Part shown: in pieces, positions 14,638 to 22,628 of the stretch
How the letters are laid out: the number at the start of each line of letters is the position of its first letter
How positions within the stretch are numbered: the stretch's first letter is position 1
IMG/VR virus record: IMGVR_UViG_3300000970_000003
DNA: 44,597 nt
Direction: 5' to 3' (one strand)
DNA from: a virus
Translations under genes and position numbers: made by a program
The notes under the pieces: generated by a model
The model's database searches: none
What the model was told of the DNA's origin: nothing
What the model saw: only the letters and a program-made list of their open reading frames with translations

Positions 14638-15686
14638 TACGCCTCCGGTAACCTATATTTTTCTGCAAGCATTCTCTTTGCTTCCTGTTTTTTTCGTTCT
14701 AGCTCAGTCATGCCATCTTTTTCAGCCTTAATCCTGTCCTCTTCCAAAAGCCTATCCAGCTCTGCAAAATTTTCATGGCTCTTCTGGGCTACCTCTACTT
14801 GCTTGTCAGCCTCGATTACAGCGGTTTGAGTTATCACTCGTCCTGTGTGACTAAAGCCCTCGATTGCCTTAATTTTTAACTCAAATATTTTTAAAGAGTG
14901 GTGACCCCACACGTTGCGCGAGTCAGGCATAGCAAAATAGATTTCAAGTAATTTTTTCAATTTCTCTTCGCTAAAATCTTTTAAAAGCCTCTTTATCCCG
15001 CCTCTATCAGATCCGGTCGGAGTTGGAGATTTATTTTCAGGACCGCCGTAATGCATACCCCAGAGCTCGCAATATTTGGCTATACAGCGGGAGACAGCAG
15101 TTCCCTTGGATTTATCCTCAGATTTTTTAACGGGAGAGGTAGGGTTTTCTGCCACAACCAATTTTGCCTCTTCTTCAGGCTTAGGATTAGAAGGAGGATT
15201 AACCACAGCTATCGAACGCTTTTTAGCGGTCGATGAATTTACTTTCTTTTTTACTTTACTTTCATTTACTTTACTTTCCTTTGTGGCCGTGTTTCTGACT
15301 GTTTGTACTGTAAGTATTTGTTTTTGTTGAAGACTGATTATGGCACTCCATACGCACTTACGTTGCAGTCCCATAGCACTATGTAGGCGCTTGATAGTCA
15401 CTCGAATAGCACTTGGTAGGCACTCGGTAGTCACCTCCCCCTCACTCGATACTCTCTCGATAGTCTGAGAGATGTCTTGCCGAGGGAATTCATATAAAAA
15501 GTAGATGAAAACAATCTTCTCCATGCTGGATAAAGAAGCAAAAATATGATCAGAAAATAAATCAGTTTTAGTAAGATGGTAATGAAATTTGAGCTTTTTA
15601 TTTTTAGCTACATCTCGTCTGTAGTAGTTTTTTAAATCGATTATTTCTATATCAATTACATCGTCTTCATGGATATCTGTATACAT
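14637..15686 (-). CDS. putative replication initiator protein
   Basis: 349 aa with an N-terminal winged-helix-like region, a low-complexity K/S/P linker and a C-terminal domain. The gene contains an iteron array and AT-rich repeats. Confidence 0.55.
   Translation of the reverse strand: MYTDIHEDDVIDIEIIDLKNYYRRDVAKNKKLKFHYHLTKTDLFSDHIFASLSSMEKIVFIYFLYEFPRQDISQTIERVSSEGEVTTECLPSAIRVTIKRLHSAMGLQRKCVWSAIISLQQKQILTVQTVRNTATKESKVNESKVKKKVNSSTAKKRSIAVVNPPSNPKPEEEAKLVVAENPTSPVKKSEDKSKGTAVSRCIAKYCELWGMHYGGPENKSPTPTGSDRGGIKRLLKDFSEEKLKKLLEIYFAMPDSRNVWGHHSLKIFELKIKAIEGFSHTGRVITQTAVIEADKQVEVAQKSHENFAELDRLLEEDRIKAEKDGMTELERKKQEAKRMLAEKYRLPEA
15237..15285. repeat. AT-rich tandem repeats (TTTACTTTACTTTC x2 plus a partial copy); candidate DNA unwinding element
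   Basis: Read directly: tttactttcttttttactttactttcatttactttactttcc, inside the linker-coding part of the initiator gene. Confidence 0.5.
15340..15471. repeat. about 9-12 tandem 11-bp iterons (plus-strand consensus TAGNCACTNNN); candidate origin of replication
   Basis: Successive 11-mers are atggcactcca, tacgcacttac, gttgcagtccc, atagcactatg, taggcgcttga, tagtcactcga, atagcacttgg, taggcactcgg, tagtcacctcc, ccctcactcga, tactctctcga, tagtctgagag. An 11-bp period cannot come from an amino-acid repeat. Confidence 0.65.
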
Positions 15687-15974
15687 TTAGACACTCACCA
15701 ACTCTATAATGTTTTTGTACTCAAGACATTTAGCTATTTCAATAATAGGGATGTTCATCTCTGGATCTGTTGATGTTTTGCCAACGTAAGTCTCTGAGGC
15801 CATTTCTATAGTCTCATCAAACTTACCCTCAGCTGTTAAAGCCATCATGAGTAAAGACCTCAATTCTAGGTCGTGAAGGTCTTTTGTAAATGTGAGCTTT
15901 AGAAACGCATTCACATTCATTGTTAAGTTTTCGGAGTCTCCAGAAAACATTTTCTTTTTAAATTTAAATTTCAT
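15687..15974 (-). CDS. hypothetical protein
   Basis: 95-aa ORF immediately upstream of the initiator gene. Confidence 0.55.
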   Translation of the reverse strand: MKFKFKKKMFSGDSENLTMNVNAFLKLTFTKDLHDLELRSLLMMALTAEGKFDETIEMASETYVGKTSTDPEMNIPIIEIAKCLEYKNIIELVSV

Positions 15975-16010
15975 TGTCCCCCCTTTGGAACGGTTAAAAG
16001 GTTCGACTTC

Positions 16011-16065
16011 TACCTATAGGGGGTTGCGCGCGGGATAGAATCCTGGCATAAATTTCCTATAGGTA
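16011..16065. promoter_or_regulatory. 10-bp inverted repeat TACCTATAGG ... CCTATAGGTA with a 35-bp spacer
   Basis: Read directly. Each arm contains the 8-bp palindrome CCTATAGG, and the spacer has a GC-rich core (gcgcgcggg). It sits in the 111-bp gap upstream of the replication genes. Confidence 0.45.
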
Positions 16066-16085
16066 AACAGTCCCAAACTCGATAC

Positions 16086-16292
16086 TTATTGATTAAGGCT
16101 TCGCTTGTCGAGGCCTTTTTCTTTTTTGCCGGATATTGCTTCACCCTCAAGATGATCACAGTAAATCGCAGCCTGCTCTATAGCTGTATACAATTCAGGC
16201 AAACATGAAGTCGTCCTTCGGCTTTTTATTGTCCTTATCATTGCTATTAGTATTTTCATCTCTTCCCTTAGATACTTCGCCTCGTCTTCCAT
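16086..16292 (-). CDS. hypothetical protein
   Basis: 68-aa ORF. Its start lies inside the 3' end of the upstream ORF. Confidence 0.45.
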   Translation of the reverse strand: MEDEAKYLREEMKILIAMIRTIKSRRTTSCLPELYTAIEQAAIYCDHLEGEAISGKKEKGLDKRSLNQ

Positions 16293-16467
16293 CGATCCCC
16301 CCGATCACTTCTCCGTTAAAAAACACCCTTCTCACAGGTATGCTTTTCTTATTGTAGATTTCGCCCACAAATCTTTTCAAGCCGTCGATCTCAACGAGAG
16401 GCTCGATATATGTGACAAGCAAAGTTTTACTCCCTCTATTTACATAGAAAACATCCCCTTTTTTCAT
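16195..16467 (-). CDS. small hypothetical protein, paralog-like to 13541..13771
   Basis: Start set at MKKGDVFYV (TGATG overlap with the recombinase stop). It shares a ...LLVTYI... core with the 13541 ORF. Confidence 0.45.
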   Translation of the reverse strand: MKKGDVFYVNRGSKTLLVTYIEPLVEIDGLKRFVGEIYNKKSIPVRRVFFNGEVIGGIDGRRGEVSKGRDENTNSNDKDNKKPKDDFMFA

Positions 16468-17351
16468 CACGCACACCTCATATAGTTTCTAAGGTCATCA
16501 GCGTCTTCTTTCTCGATCATATTGCAGAGTATTTCGTATTGGCTCATTGTAAGCTTTTTAGTTGAGTCCAAATTAAAGTGGCAAAGCAAAAGCTCTCTAG
16601 CCTCATCCTGAGTTAGATCCGAAGCCCCTATGATTGTAAAAAGCCTTTTTATTTGATCCTGAGAAACGGGAGCGTGGTTCATACGCTCTTCTTCTTTTGG
16701 ATATGTTTTAGCAGGCTTTTCTGGTTCAGCGTCCGGTTGTGGGGGAGCGTCTTGATCCGTTGTAGTTGTTCTCTCTACAGGCTTCGTGTCTTTTACATCT
16801 CTAGGCTCATCATCCTCATTCAGGATTTCATTCATATCGCCCATTTCAGTAAAAGGAGTTTTAAAGCTAACCTCTTTCATAGTGTCCAGCTCGGTTTCAT
16901 CTGTAATAGCTAGTCCGCATATAGAAAGCGTAACCCTTCTTTTTGCCTTGGTTTCACACTTCATTATAGCGTTTGCCAAGTTTGCACCGCTCATACCCTT
17001 ACAAGGCACTACAGCTATAGACTCGTCTGTTCTACCGTTTGGCATAGTAGCTAGGGCAGTGAAGGTTATAAGGCCAGCGTCGGTGTCTATACTCTTCTCT
17101 GTAACCTTTACCGAAACACCCCATACTTTTCTAAGCTGATCCGTACAGCTTTTATTAGCATATAAGACTAGCTTCCCCTGCATTCTGATAAAATCAAAAG
17201 GCTTTGAAATGTGGCTTATTTTTAGCTGATCACATAAAGCTATTTGAAACTTTCCAGCTTCAGCCTCGGTCAACTTACTATAGTCGCCAGCAAGTATTTT
17301 GTTTTCAATCTCTTCGCTCAACGCTGGGAGATTGTCTCTCATCTCATTCAT
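16467..17351 (-). CDS. single-strand annealing protein (Rad52/Erf/RecT-superfamily recombinase)
   Basis: AIMKCETKAKRRVTLSICGL resembles the conserved C-terminal core motif of phage annealases such as Erf. It is paired with an upstream exonuclease and has an acidic C-terminal tail. Confidence 0.6.
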   Translation of the reverse strand: MNEMRDNLPALSEEIENKILAGDYSKLTEAEAGKFQIALCDQLKISHISKPFDFIRMQGKLVLYANKSCTDQLRKVWGVSVKVTEKSIDTDAGLITFTALATMPNGRTDESIAVVPCKGMSGANLANAIMKCETKAKRRVTLSICGLAITDETELDTMKEVSFKTPFTEMGDMNEILNEDDEPRDVKDTKPVERTTTTDQDAPPQPDAEPEKPAKTYPKEEERMNHAPVSQDQIKRLFTIIGASDLTQDEARELLLCHFNLDSTKKLTMSQYEILCNMIEKEDADDLRNYMRCA

Positions 17352-18210
17352 TATCGTCCTCCTTTGGCTTCATCCAGTGGTATGGAATAGCCTCTATAAT
17401 TTTCTCTTCATATCCAGGCCACACGCCTGTCTCTTTGCATTTTTTGTAAGTCTCCAGCAGAGGCATATACTTAGGCCTTCCACACTCTGAGTAAAAATCA
17501 TCGTGCAGCTGGAATTGATTAGGGCAATAAGGAGGTTCTTTTTCTTGAGCTAAAATCATAAAACCCCTCATGTGCTCACCCGTTGCTGAAAATATTGTAT
17601 GGGCATAAAAATCAGCTTGAACGTCATAGTCAAAATTTGAAATAGATTTTATAAATGATTCTTTAGAGGCGTCAGCTGTTGTCTTATAATCCCAGAAAAA
17701 CATTTTTTTATAGTTGCACCAGTCTAACCTACACTTAGTTTTCACTCCGTTGATTTCACCAAAAAAAGTTATTTCAGGCTCTCCTGATTTTGTAAGAGCT
17801 TGGTAGTAGCTATGCTCCCGGATAACCCTGGTCATCGCTATAGCCTCGCGCCAATCCTTACGCTTCATTATGATTTTGCCTTCGTGCTTTTCGGCGTGTT
17901 CTTTATGCTTTGCTTTTCCAGCCTTTGATTGCTTGCTTACCCCGTGCAGCTCCCTAGCGTAGAGCTCGAAAACTAGGTGGGGCTCTAACACAAAGGTGTG
18001 TAAAAAGTTACCAAAAATTAAGGAATCGGTGGGGTCTTTAGGGTTTTCTAGCGCATATTTAAAATGTGCCGGGCTCTTGCGCATCTTCATGAGCTGTGAG
18101 CGTCCAATGTATTCTGTTATTTCGTGGTAAACATCGTTAGGGACATTTCGGTATGCCCCTTTAGGTATGCCCGTCTCTAGTAGAGAAGGGTCCCATTCTT
18201 TTATTTTCAT
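17344..18210 (-). CDS. PD-(D/E)xK exonuclease (RecE/YqaJ/Cas4-like)
   Basis: RLDWCNYKKMFFWDYKT gives D...D-x-K, followed by QADFYAH (the QxxxY motif). Confidence 0.7.
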   Translation of the reverse strand: MKIKEWDPSLLETGIPKGAYRNVPNDVYHEITEYIGRSQLMKMRKSPAHFKYALENPKDPTDSLIFGNFLHTFVLEPHLVFELYARELHGVSKQSKAGKAKHKEHAEKHEGKIIMKRKDWREAIAMTRVIREHSYYQALTKSGEPEITFFGEINGVKTKCRLDWCNYKKMFFWDYKTTADASKESFIKSISNFDYDVQADFYAHTIFSATGEHMRGFMILAQEKEPPYCPNQFQLHDDFYSECGRPKYMPLLETYKKCKETGVWPGYEEKIIEAIPYHWMKPKEDDNE

Positions 18211-18238
18211 TCCAGATCCTTGTTCGTATTACTCGTTG

Positions 18239-18260
18239 GTAGGGATATGGTATATACTTA
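18239..18260 (-). promoter_or_regulatory. palindromic motif copy (GGTATATACT at 18249-18258)
   Basis: It overlaps the stop of the last late gene and sits 38 nt upstream of the exonuclease start. The conserved leader follows. Confidence 0.5.
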
Positions 18261-18599
18261 GCAAAGACTCTCTTCGACGGTCAACGCCTCTTCGATGATG
18301 TCAGCTTCAAAATCGCCTCCGGTAGGACCGACCTCAACTTGAATTGACTGATCTTCACCCACTACTAAGCCTGATGATTTAGCAGAAGGGATCGTCCCGG
18401 TAACCTTTCCTTTCACAGCGTCCGCAATAGTAAGCTCTCCTGCTGAAGAAGTAAGCTCAACAGGTGCCGTAGCTCCAGGCAAACATACTTTCACTTCAAG
18501 GCCTGTTAGGTCGTAGGCGTCATCCCCTTTTCTAATTGTAAGATCGAAATCCTTTTTTTTGCCTAAAATAATATTTATCTTTTCATTTTCGCAGGCCAT
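18258..18599 (-). CDS. Ig-like (BppU_N-like) structural protein
   Basis: 113-aa beta-rich ORF with DFDLTIRKGDDAYDLTGLEVKV and KGKVTGTIP, a pattern typical of Ig-like phage domains. Confidence 0.4.
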   Translation of the reverse strand: MACENEKINIILGKKKDFDLTIRKGDDAYDLTGLEVKVCLPGATAPVELTSSAGELTIADAVKGKVTGTIPSAKSSGLVVGEDQSIQVEVGPTGGDFEADIIEEALTVEESLC

Positions 18600-18608
18600 A
18601 CATTCTCC

Positions 18609-19118
18609 TTAGTCTAAATCCGCTAAAACATCTTGGCTTTTAATGTTAGCCGTTAAGCTGCTGCTGCGAATAGTGGCTTTTAAATTAGCATTTTCTGAAA
18701 TACTCACACCTATTTCATCAGAAACAAGCTTTGCTTTCAATTCTATGGTTTCTAAATTGGCCTTGAGATCCGCGTTTGCTTCAAAGTTTGCTGAAATACG
18801 ATCCTCATTAGCGCCTGAGGAGGCCGTCACGCCAGTATCTAGATCAAATACATCTGAGCCACCTGGGTAATCACAGGATACCGTGGTGAAGCCAGAGTCT
18901 TCATATACAACGTATCTAGCAAACACCTGGAGAGTTTGAGGCATTTGAACAGTATTGTTTAAATAAATACCTGCCCCTACGTTAGGCAAAGGAACCACCG
19001 CTACAGCTCCTCCATTCTTATCGGTAAGGAATGCTTGAACGAATTTTGTATCGTCAGCAGGGTATAGAGCTAAACGCAGCCCTAGAGTATCTCCTACCTT
19101 TCGATCAAAATCAGACAT
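18609..19118 (-). CDS. hypothetical structural protein
   Basis: 169 aa. The C-terminal part has short periodic L-K-A-x-(L/I) repeats (ADLKANLETIELKAKL...NLKATI...LTANI). Confidence 0.5.
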   Translation of the reverse strand: MSDFDRKVGDTLGLRLALYPADDTKFVQAFLTDKNGGAVAVVPLPNVGAGIYLNNTVQMPQTLQVFARYVVYEDSGFTTVSCDYPGGSDVFDLDTGVTASSGANEDRISANFEANADLKANLETIELKAKLVSDEIGVSISENANLKATIRSSSLTANIKSQDVLADLD

Positions 19119-19594
19119 TAAGCACTCTCCTCTTTAGCTAAAGTTTCAGGCGAATTGCCAGGAATATCAAGGTCTGTCCAGTCAGGATCAACGTCTGTAT
19201 ACAAATGTATTACAGTCCCTAAAGCCTTCTCTTCCTTTTCTATGGACTCTTTCACATGATCAATTTGCCAACTAAAGAGCATATTCACGAAATTATAGAA
19301 AAACCGCCAATATAGAGCAACTTTGGCAATTCCCTCTTCGTGCTTATATTTTGCAACCCCTAGAGCCATAGAAATAGTCACATCAGGATCTTGCCCCATA
19401 AACTTGGCACTTAAAAATTGATCCACTGAAAGGGCTATATTCCTGCCGTAAGTAGCAAGCTTAGGCATTTTTAAAGCTTTGCCTATGCCGAATATAATAC
19501 CGCCTTTAACTACATTAAAGACAGCCCAGGGCACATCTATAAGTGTTAATAGAAACATAGCAAAAAATACAAGGAACCTTTTTAACTTTTTCAT
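19118..19594 (-). CDS. membrane protein
   Basis: 158 aa with the N-terminal hydrophobic segment FLVFFAMFLLTLIDVPWAVF. Confidence 0.5.
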   Translation of the reverse strand: MKKLKRFLVFFAMFLLTLIDVPWAVFNVVKGGIIFGIGKALKMPKLATYGRNIALSVDQFLSAKFMGQDPDVTISMALGVAKYKHEEGIAKVALYWRFFYNFVNMLFSWQIDHVKESIEKEEKALGTVIHLYTDVDPDWTDLDIPGNSPETLAKEESA

Positions 19595-20418
19595 TAACCC
19601 TCTCCTAATCTAGCAGGCCACTCGCCGCATATTTGATATAAAATAGCCTCTTTAACAGAAAGATTGTTCTCAGGTATAGTTTCAAGGATTCCATAAACCT
19701 GTGTTTCTACAGCTGTAGCATCCGGGCCTTGACCGGGATCGTCGTTTATAAATTTTGGAGCATGATTTCTTAAAGCCAATTCCCAAGCATTTGATCCAGA
19801 GGCTCTATATTTATCTATCTCAAGTTTAAAAAAGCCAAAAACTAAATCAATATATTGTGAAGTGTTTGATCTGATCCCCTCAGCCACTAAAAAATCTATT
19901 TGACGGTCGCGACGCTTTCGCTCTTCTGTTTGAGCTTCCCATTGGTTATAGGTTTTAACTATTTCCTCTTTTACATCCCCTACCTGATTGTTCTCATCCC
20001 ACCACTCAAAATTTACTTTAAGCCCGGTCAGTATACCCTCTTCATTTCTAACATCGCTAAAAAGCTTTTTAACAATGACCTCATCTTTTTCTATACACAT
20101 ATAATCGGCTTCAACTTTTCTTCCCCTAACATACTTAGGAGACGATTTTCTAAATCCAAGGATAGAGAAATCACTTGTGCGGTGATCTAGGTTTTTACTT
20201 AAAACTCTGTGAACCCTAAGCTCTGCTGTAGGAGTTCCGTCATGGGCTGTTATAACCGTAGAAAGTTCAGCAGTTTCCTCTGTGGTCAAAGCCTCTTTAA
20301 GGTAAACAGATATTTGACCGTCTGTGGTTATAGCAGTGATCTTATTTTTAAGACCCTCGCTAAATTCACTTAAAAGCCTGCTTAGATTTATTTCTTTTAA
20401 AGGAAAGTCGTTTTGCAT
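19594..20418 (-). CDS. hypothetical protein downstream of the tail fibre gene
   Basis: 274-aa ORF coupled to the fibre gene. Confidence 0.55.
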   Translation of the reverse strand: MQNDFPLKEINLSRLLSEFSEGLKNKITAITTDGQISVYLKEALTTEETAELSTVITAHDGTPTAELRVHRVLSKNLDHRTSDFSILGFRKSSPKYVRGRKVEADYMCIEKDEVIVKKLFSDVRNEEGILTGLKVNFEWWDENNQVGDVKEEIVKTYNQWEAQTEERKRRDRQIDFLVAEGIRSNTSQYIDLVFGFFKLEIDKYRASGSNAWELALRNHAPKFINDDPGQGPDATAVETQVYGILETIPENNLSVKEAILYQICGEWPARLGEG

Positions 20419-20419
20419 T

Positions 20420-22327
20420 TTAGTCCTCCGTTGCTGTAGCTTTTATTGCGACAGCTCCTATATTGATTGGTTGAGAAACCTGCGCTTGCAGCTTAATAGT
20501 ATAAGTTCCTGCTGGCTGGTTTTGTAAAAAATGATCCGCCACACCGTTGTCAAAAAACGTAGATAAGGTATCTGGAAAGTCTGATCCGTTGTCTGCGTTT
20601 ATTACCACCCTGAACTGAGCTACAGAGTTAGCCGCCCCGGATCTAGCTGCTGAGTAAGTCGCCTCACCCCATACCGATCCAGGCTTTGTTAAGGTTACTG
20701 TAGTAGTCAAACCCGGAACGTCTGCGAAAGTTGTAGAGGTAAAGTTAATACCGCTCCCTGCAGCCTGGTCGAATGTAGTCTTAGCAAAATCGTTTGTAGC
20801 AACCTGCCTAAACCATGCAACTATTCTAGCGTCCGTCGTACTGCCGTTTGCAGTATTGGTTTGAAAAACCACCGTATCTCCAGCTAAAAACTCTATCGGA
20901 TTCGCTTGGTTTACCACCTCATTGTTGTTATTGAACAAAGGGGTCCACACCAATGTATTTACACCGTTTCTTCTTCTATAAATATTTACAGAAACAGAAG
21001 TTCCAAAAACATCAGCGTTAAAAGTTGCAGCAAAAAGAGTGCAATCAAAAGCTACAGGTATTCCGATGTCATTCCCGGTCGCCCCGTTTCCGAATGACCA
21101 TTCGTATTGACCACTTCCTATGCCGCCGTTTTCTTCAGCCCATATTGGAAATATAGTGAATCCGTTTGTTATAGGCTTCGGGACTACTATTCCGCTTTCT
21201 AATGTTAAAACCTCTCCAGAGTTACCCCCGGCAAGATTTACATCAGAGTGAGTTGAAACAGGTCCGTCAGCTGACACCTTTGCAGTATTCGCTGCGATCA
21301 AACCATTCTGAGCGGCTTGATCTGATTGTATAGAGTTTACTTGGTTCTGCAGGTTAGTATCTGCATTTTGCCTGTTCGTTGTCTCTGCCGAAATAGCGTT
21401 ATTGTTCGCAGTTACTTGTGTTTGAAGGTTAGAATCCCCGTTTGCCCTTGCAGTTTGCTCGGCTGTGATGGCGTTAGCATTAGAAGTAATATTAGAAGTG
21501 TTAGAAGAAATATTCGATGCATTGTTGCCTATATTTGTGTTTTGAGCATTTTGCTGGGTATCAATCTGCCCCTGCGTATAATACCTGGCATCCCCTCTAG
21601 CAATATTAAAATACTGCGGATGGTCGTCATCACCTAAACCTGAAAGGTTGCCATGATCTGTTACGCCGCTTAAAAAAGGGCTGAAGTCTACATCAAATGT
21701 TGAGCTATCATCTCTCTGAAAAGTGGCTATACCTGTAGTGCCGTTTAAAGTACCAGAGACTAGTCTGGATAAATTTGTATCATCAATATAAACACTTAAA
21801 TCAATATCCTGATTTACTCCGTCTTCATTTGTATAGCGGAGCGTGTTTCCAATTATTTGTAAGTTCGTAGTGGTTTCTGCTGCTTGAACAGCGGCTAAAA
21901 AATCAGAAATAGTTGAGGCTGTTTGAGTGCCTGTATGATTGGCTCTATCCCTATTAGCTGCGTCTCTATTGTTTAGCTGTGCAGGGGTTTCATAGTTATT
22001 AGGGTTTGAGGCATCATATTTTTGGTTTAATAAGTTATCGACCTGCGTTTGAGTGTAATATCGAACATCGCCTCGCGCTTGGTTAAAATATTGTGGATGG
22101 TCGTCGTCAGCAAGACCTTGAAGGGCTCCATGATCTACGGTCCCAGCCTCATAAGGAAGTTGAGACCAAGTGCTTACCCCGTCTCCTATTTTTATTTTTT
22201 TAACAGTTTCATCATAAACAATCTCACCTGACATAAAGACAGGGTTTTTAGCATCCCACGCAGCCGTGGTGTCTGAAAGGTTGGCCCACCTAAACTCAGG
22301 TGTAGGTAAATTAGAAGACATCGGCAC
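20420..22327 (-). CDS. tail fibre protein
   Basis: N-terminal GEIVYDETVKKIKIGDGVSTWSQLPY motif, two copies of DHG-x-L-x-GL-x-DDDHPQYF, and an N/Q/T-rich fibrous repeat region. Confidence 0.8.
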   Translation of the reverse strand: MPMSSNLPTPEFRWANLSDTTAAWDAKNPVFMSGEIVYDETVKKIKIGDGVSTWSQLPYEAGTVDHGALQGLADDDHPQYFNQARGDVRYYTQTQVDNLLNQKYDASNPNNYETPAQLNNRDAANRDRANHTGTQTASTISDFLAAVQAAETTTNLQIIGNTLRYTNEDGVNQDIDLSVYIDDTNLSRLVSGTLNGTTGIATFQRDDSSTFDVDFSPFLSGVTDHGNLSGLGDDDHPQYFNIARGDARYYTQGQIDTQQNAQNTNIGNNASNISSNTSNITSNANAITAEQTARANGDSNLQTQVTANNNAISAETTNRQNADTNLQNQVNSIQSDQAAQNGLIAANTAKVSADGPVSTHSDVNLAGGNSGEVLTLESGIVVPKPITNGFTIFPIWAEENGGIGSGQYEWSFGNGATGNDIGIPVAFDCTLFAATFNADVFGTSVSVNIYRRRNGVNTLVWTPLFNNNNEVVNQANPIEFLAGDTVVFQTNTANGSTTDARIVAWFRQVATNDFAKTTFDQAAGSGINFTSTTFADVPGLTTTVTLTKPGSVWGEATYSAARSGAANSVAQFRVVINADNGSDFPDTLSTFFDNGVADHFLQNQPAGTYTIKLQAQVSQPINIGAVAIKATATED

Positions 22328-22628
22328 CTCCTCCTTTTGCGCAGTCTATTCCACTGCCTGCATCTGTATTTGTCGCATTTCCAGCTCTAAAACAATTGAA
22401 AGCCTGAGGGGTTGATCCAGCCTCTTGAAGAACCCAATCAGTGACTAGAGGTCCAAACTTTCTCCAAATACGCGCTTGTTCATCAATATATAAAGTAGGG
22501 ACAGGCGCTTGCTGTCCCACAGGTGAACCAACACCCCCTACTATGTAGAGGGAAACGTCTCCGTCTGGTCCTGTAAAAATAACCCCGAACTGTTCGAGTC
22601 CGTAGGCTTCGTTTGAGTTGATAGCCAT
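22311..22628 (-). CDS. small fibre-associated protein sharing its N-terminal domain with 22628..23827
   Basis: GLEQFGVIFTGPDGD...APVPTLYID...DWVL parallels GLAIFGKDGD...APIPSLYFR...DWELL in the neighbouring gene. Confidence 0.55.
   Translation of the reverse strand: MAINSNEAYGLEQFGVIFTGPDGDVSLYIVGGVGSPVGQQAPVPTLYIDEQARIWRKFGPLVTDWVLQEAGSTPQAFNCFRAGNATNTDAGSGIDCAKGGGADVF

Noticed and set aside
14425-14829. Plus-strand ORFs such as 14425..14829, 385..762, 29371..29799, 36212..36577, 35177..35524 and 6280..6606
   Set aside because: They lie antisense to long, motif-bearing minus-strand genes. Their composition is low-complexity (S/L/F-rich) and they lack a Shine-Dalgarno, so they look like shadow ORFs on the opposite strand of real genes.
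15995-16012. ggttcgacttc, a tRNA T-loop-like string in the 15975-16085 gap
   Set aside because: The flanking bases cannot form a T stem (AAAGG versus TCTAC). No acceptor or anticodon arms could be built, so this is not a tRNA.
21300-21560. Short DNA repeats in the fibre gene, considered as a CRISPR-like array or a DGR variable region
   Set aside because: The repeats are in-frame coding repeats of an N/Q/T-rich shaft. There is no spacer-repeat regularity, no reverse transcriptase gene anywhere in the genome, and no template-repeat copy.
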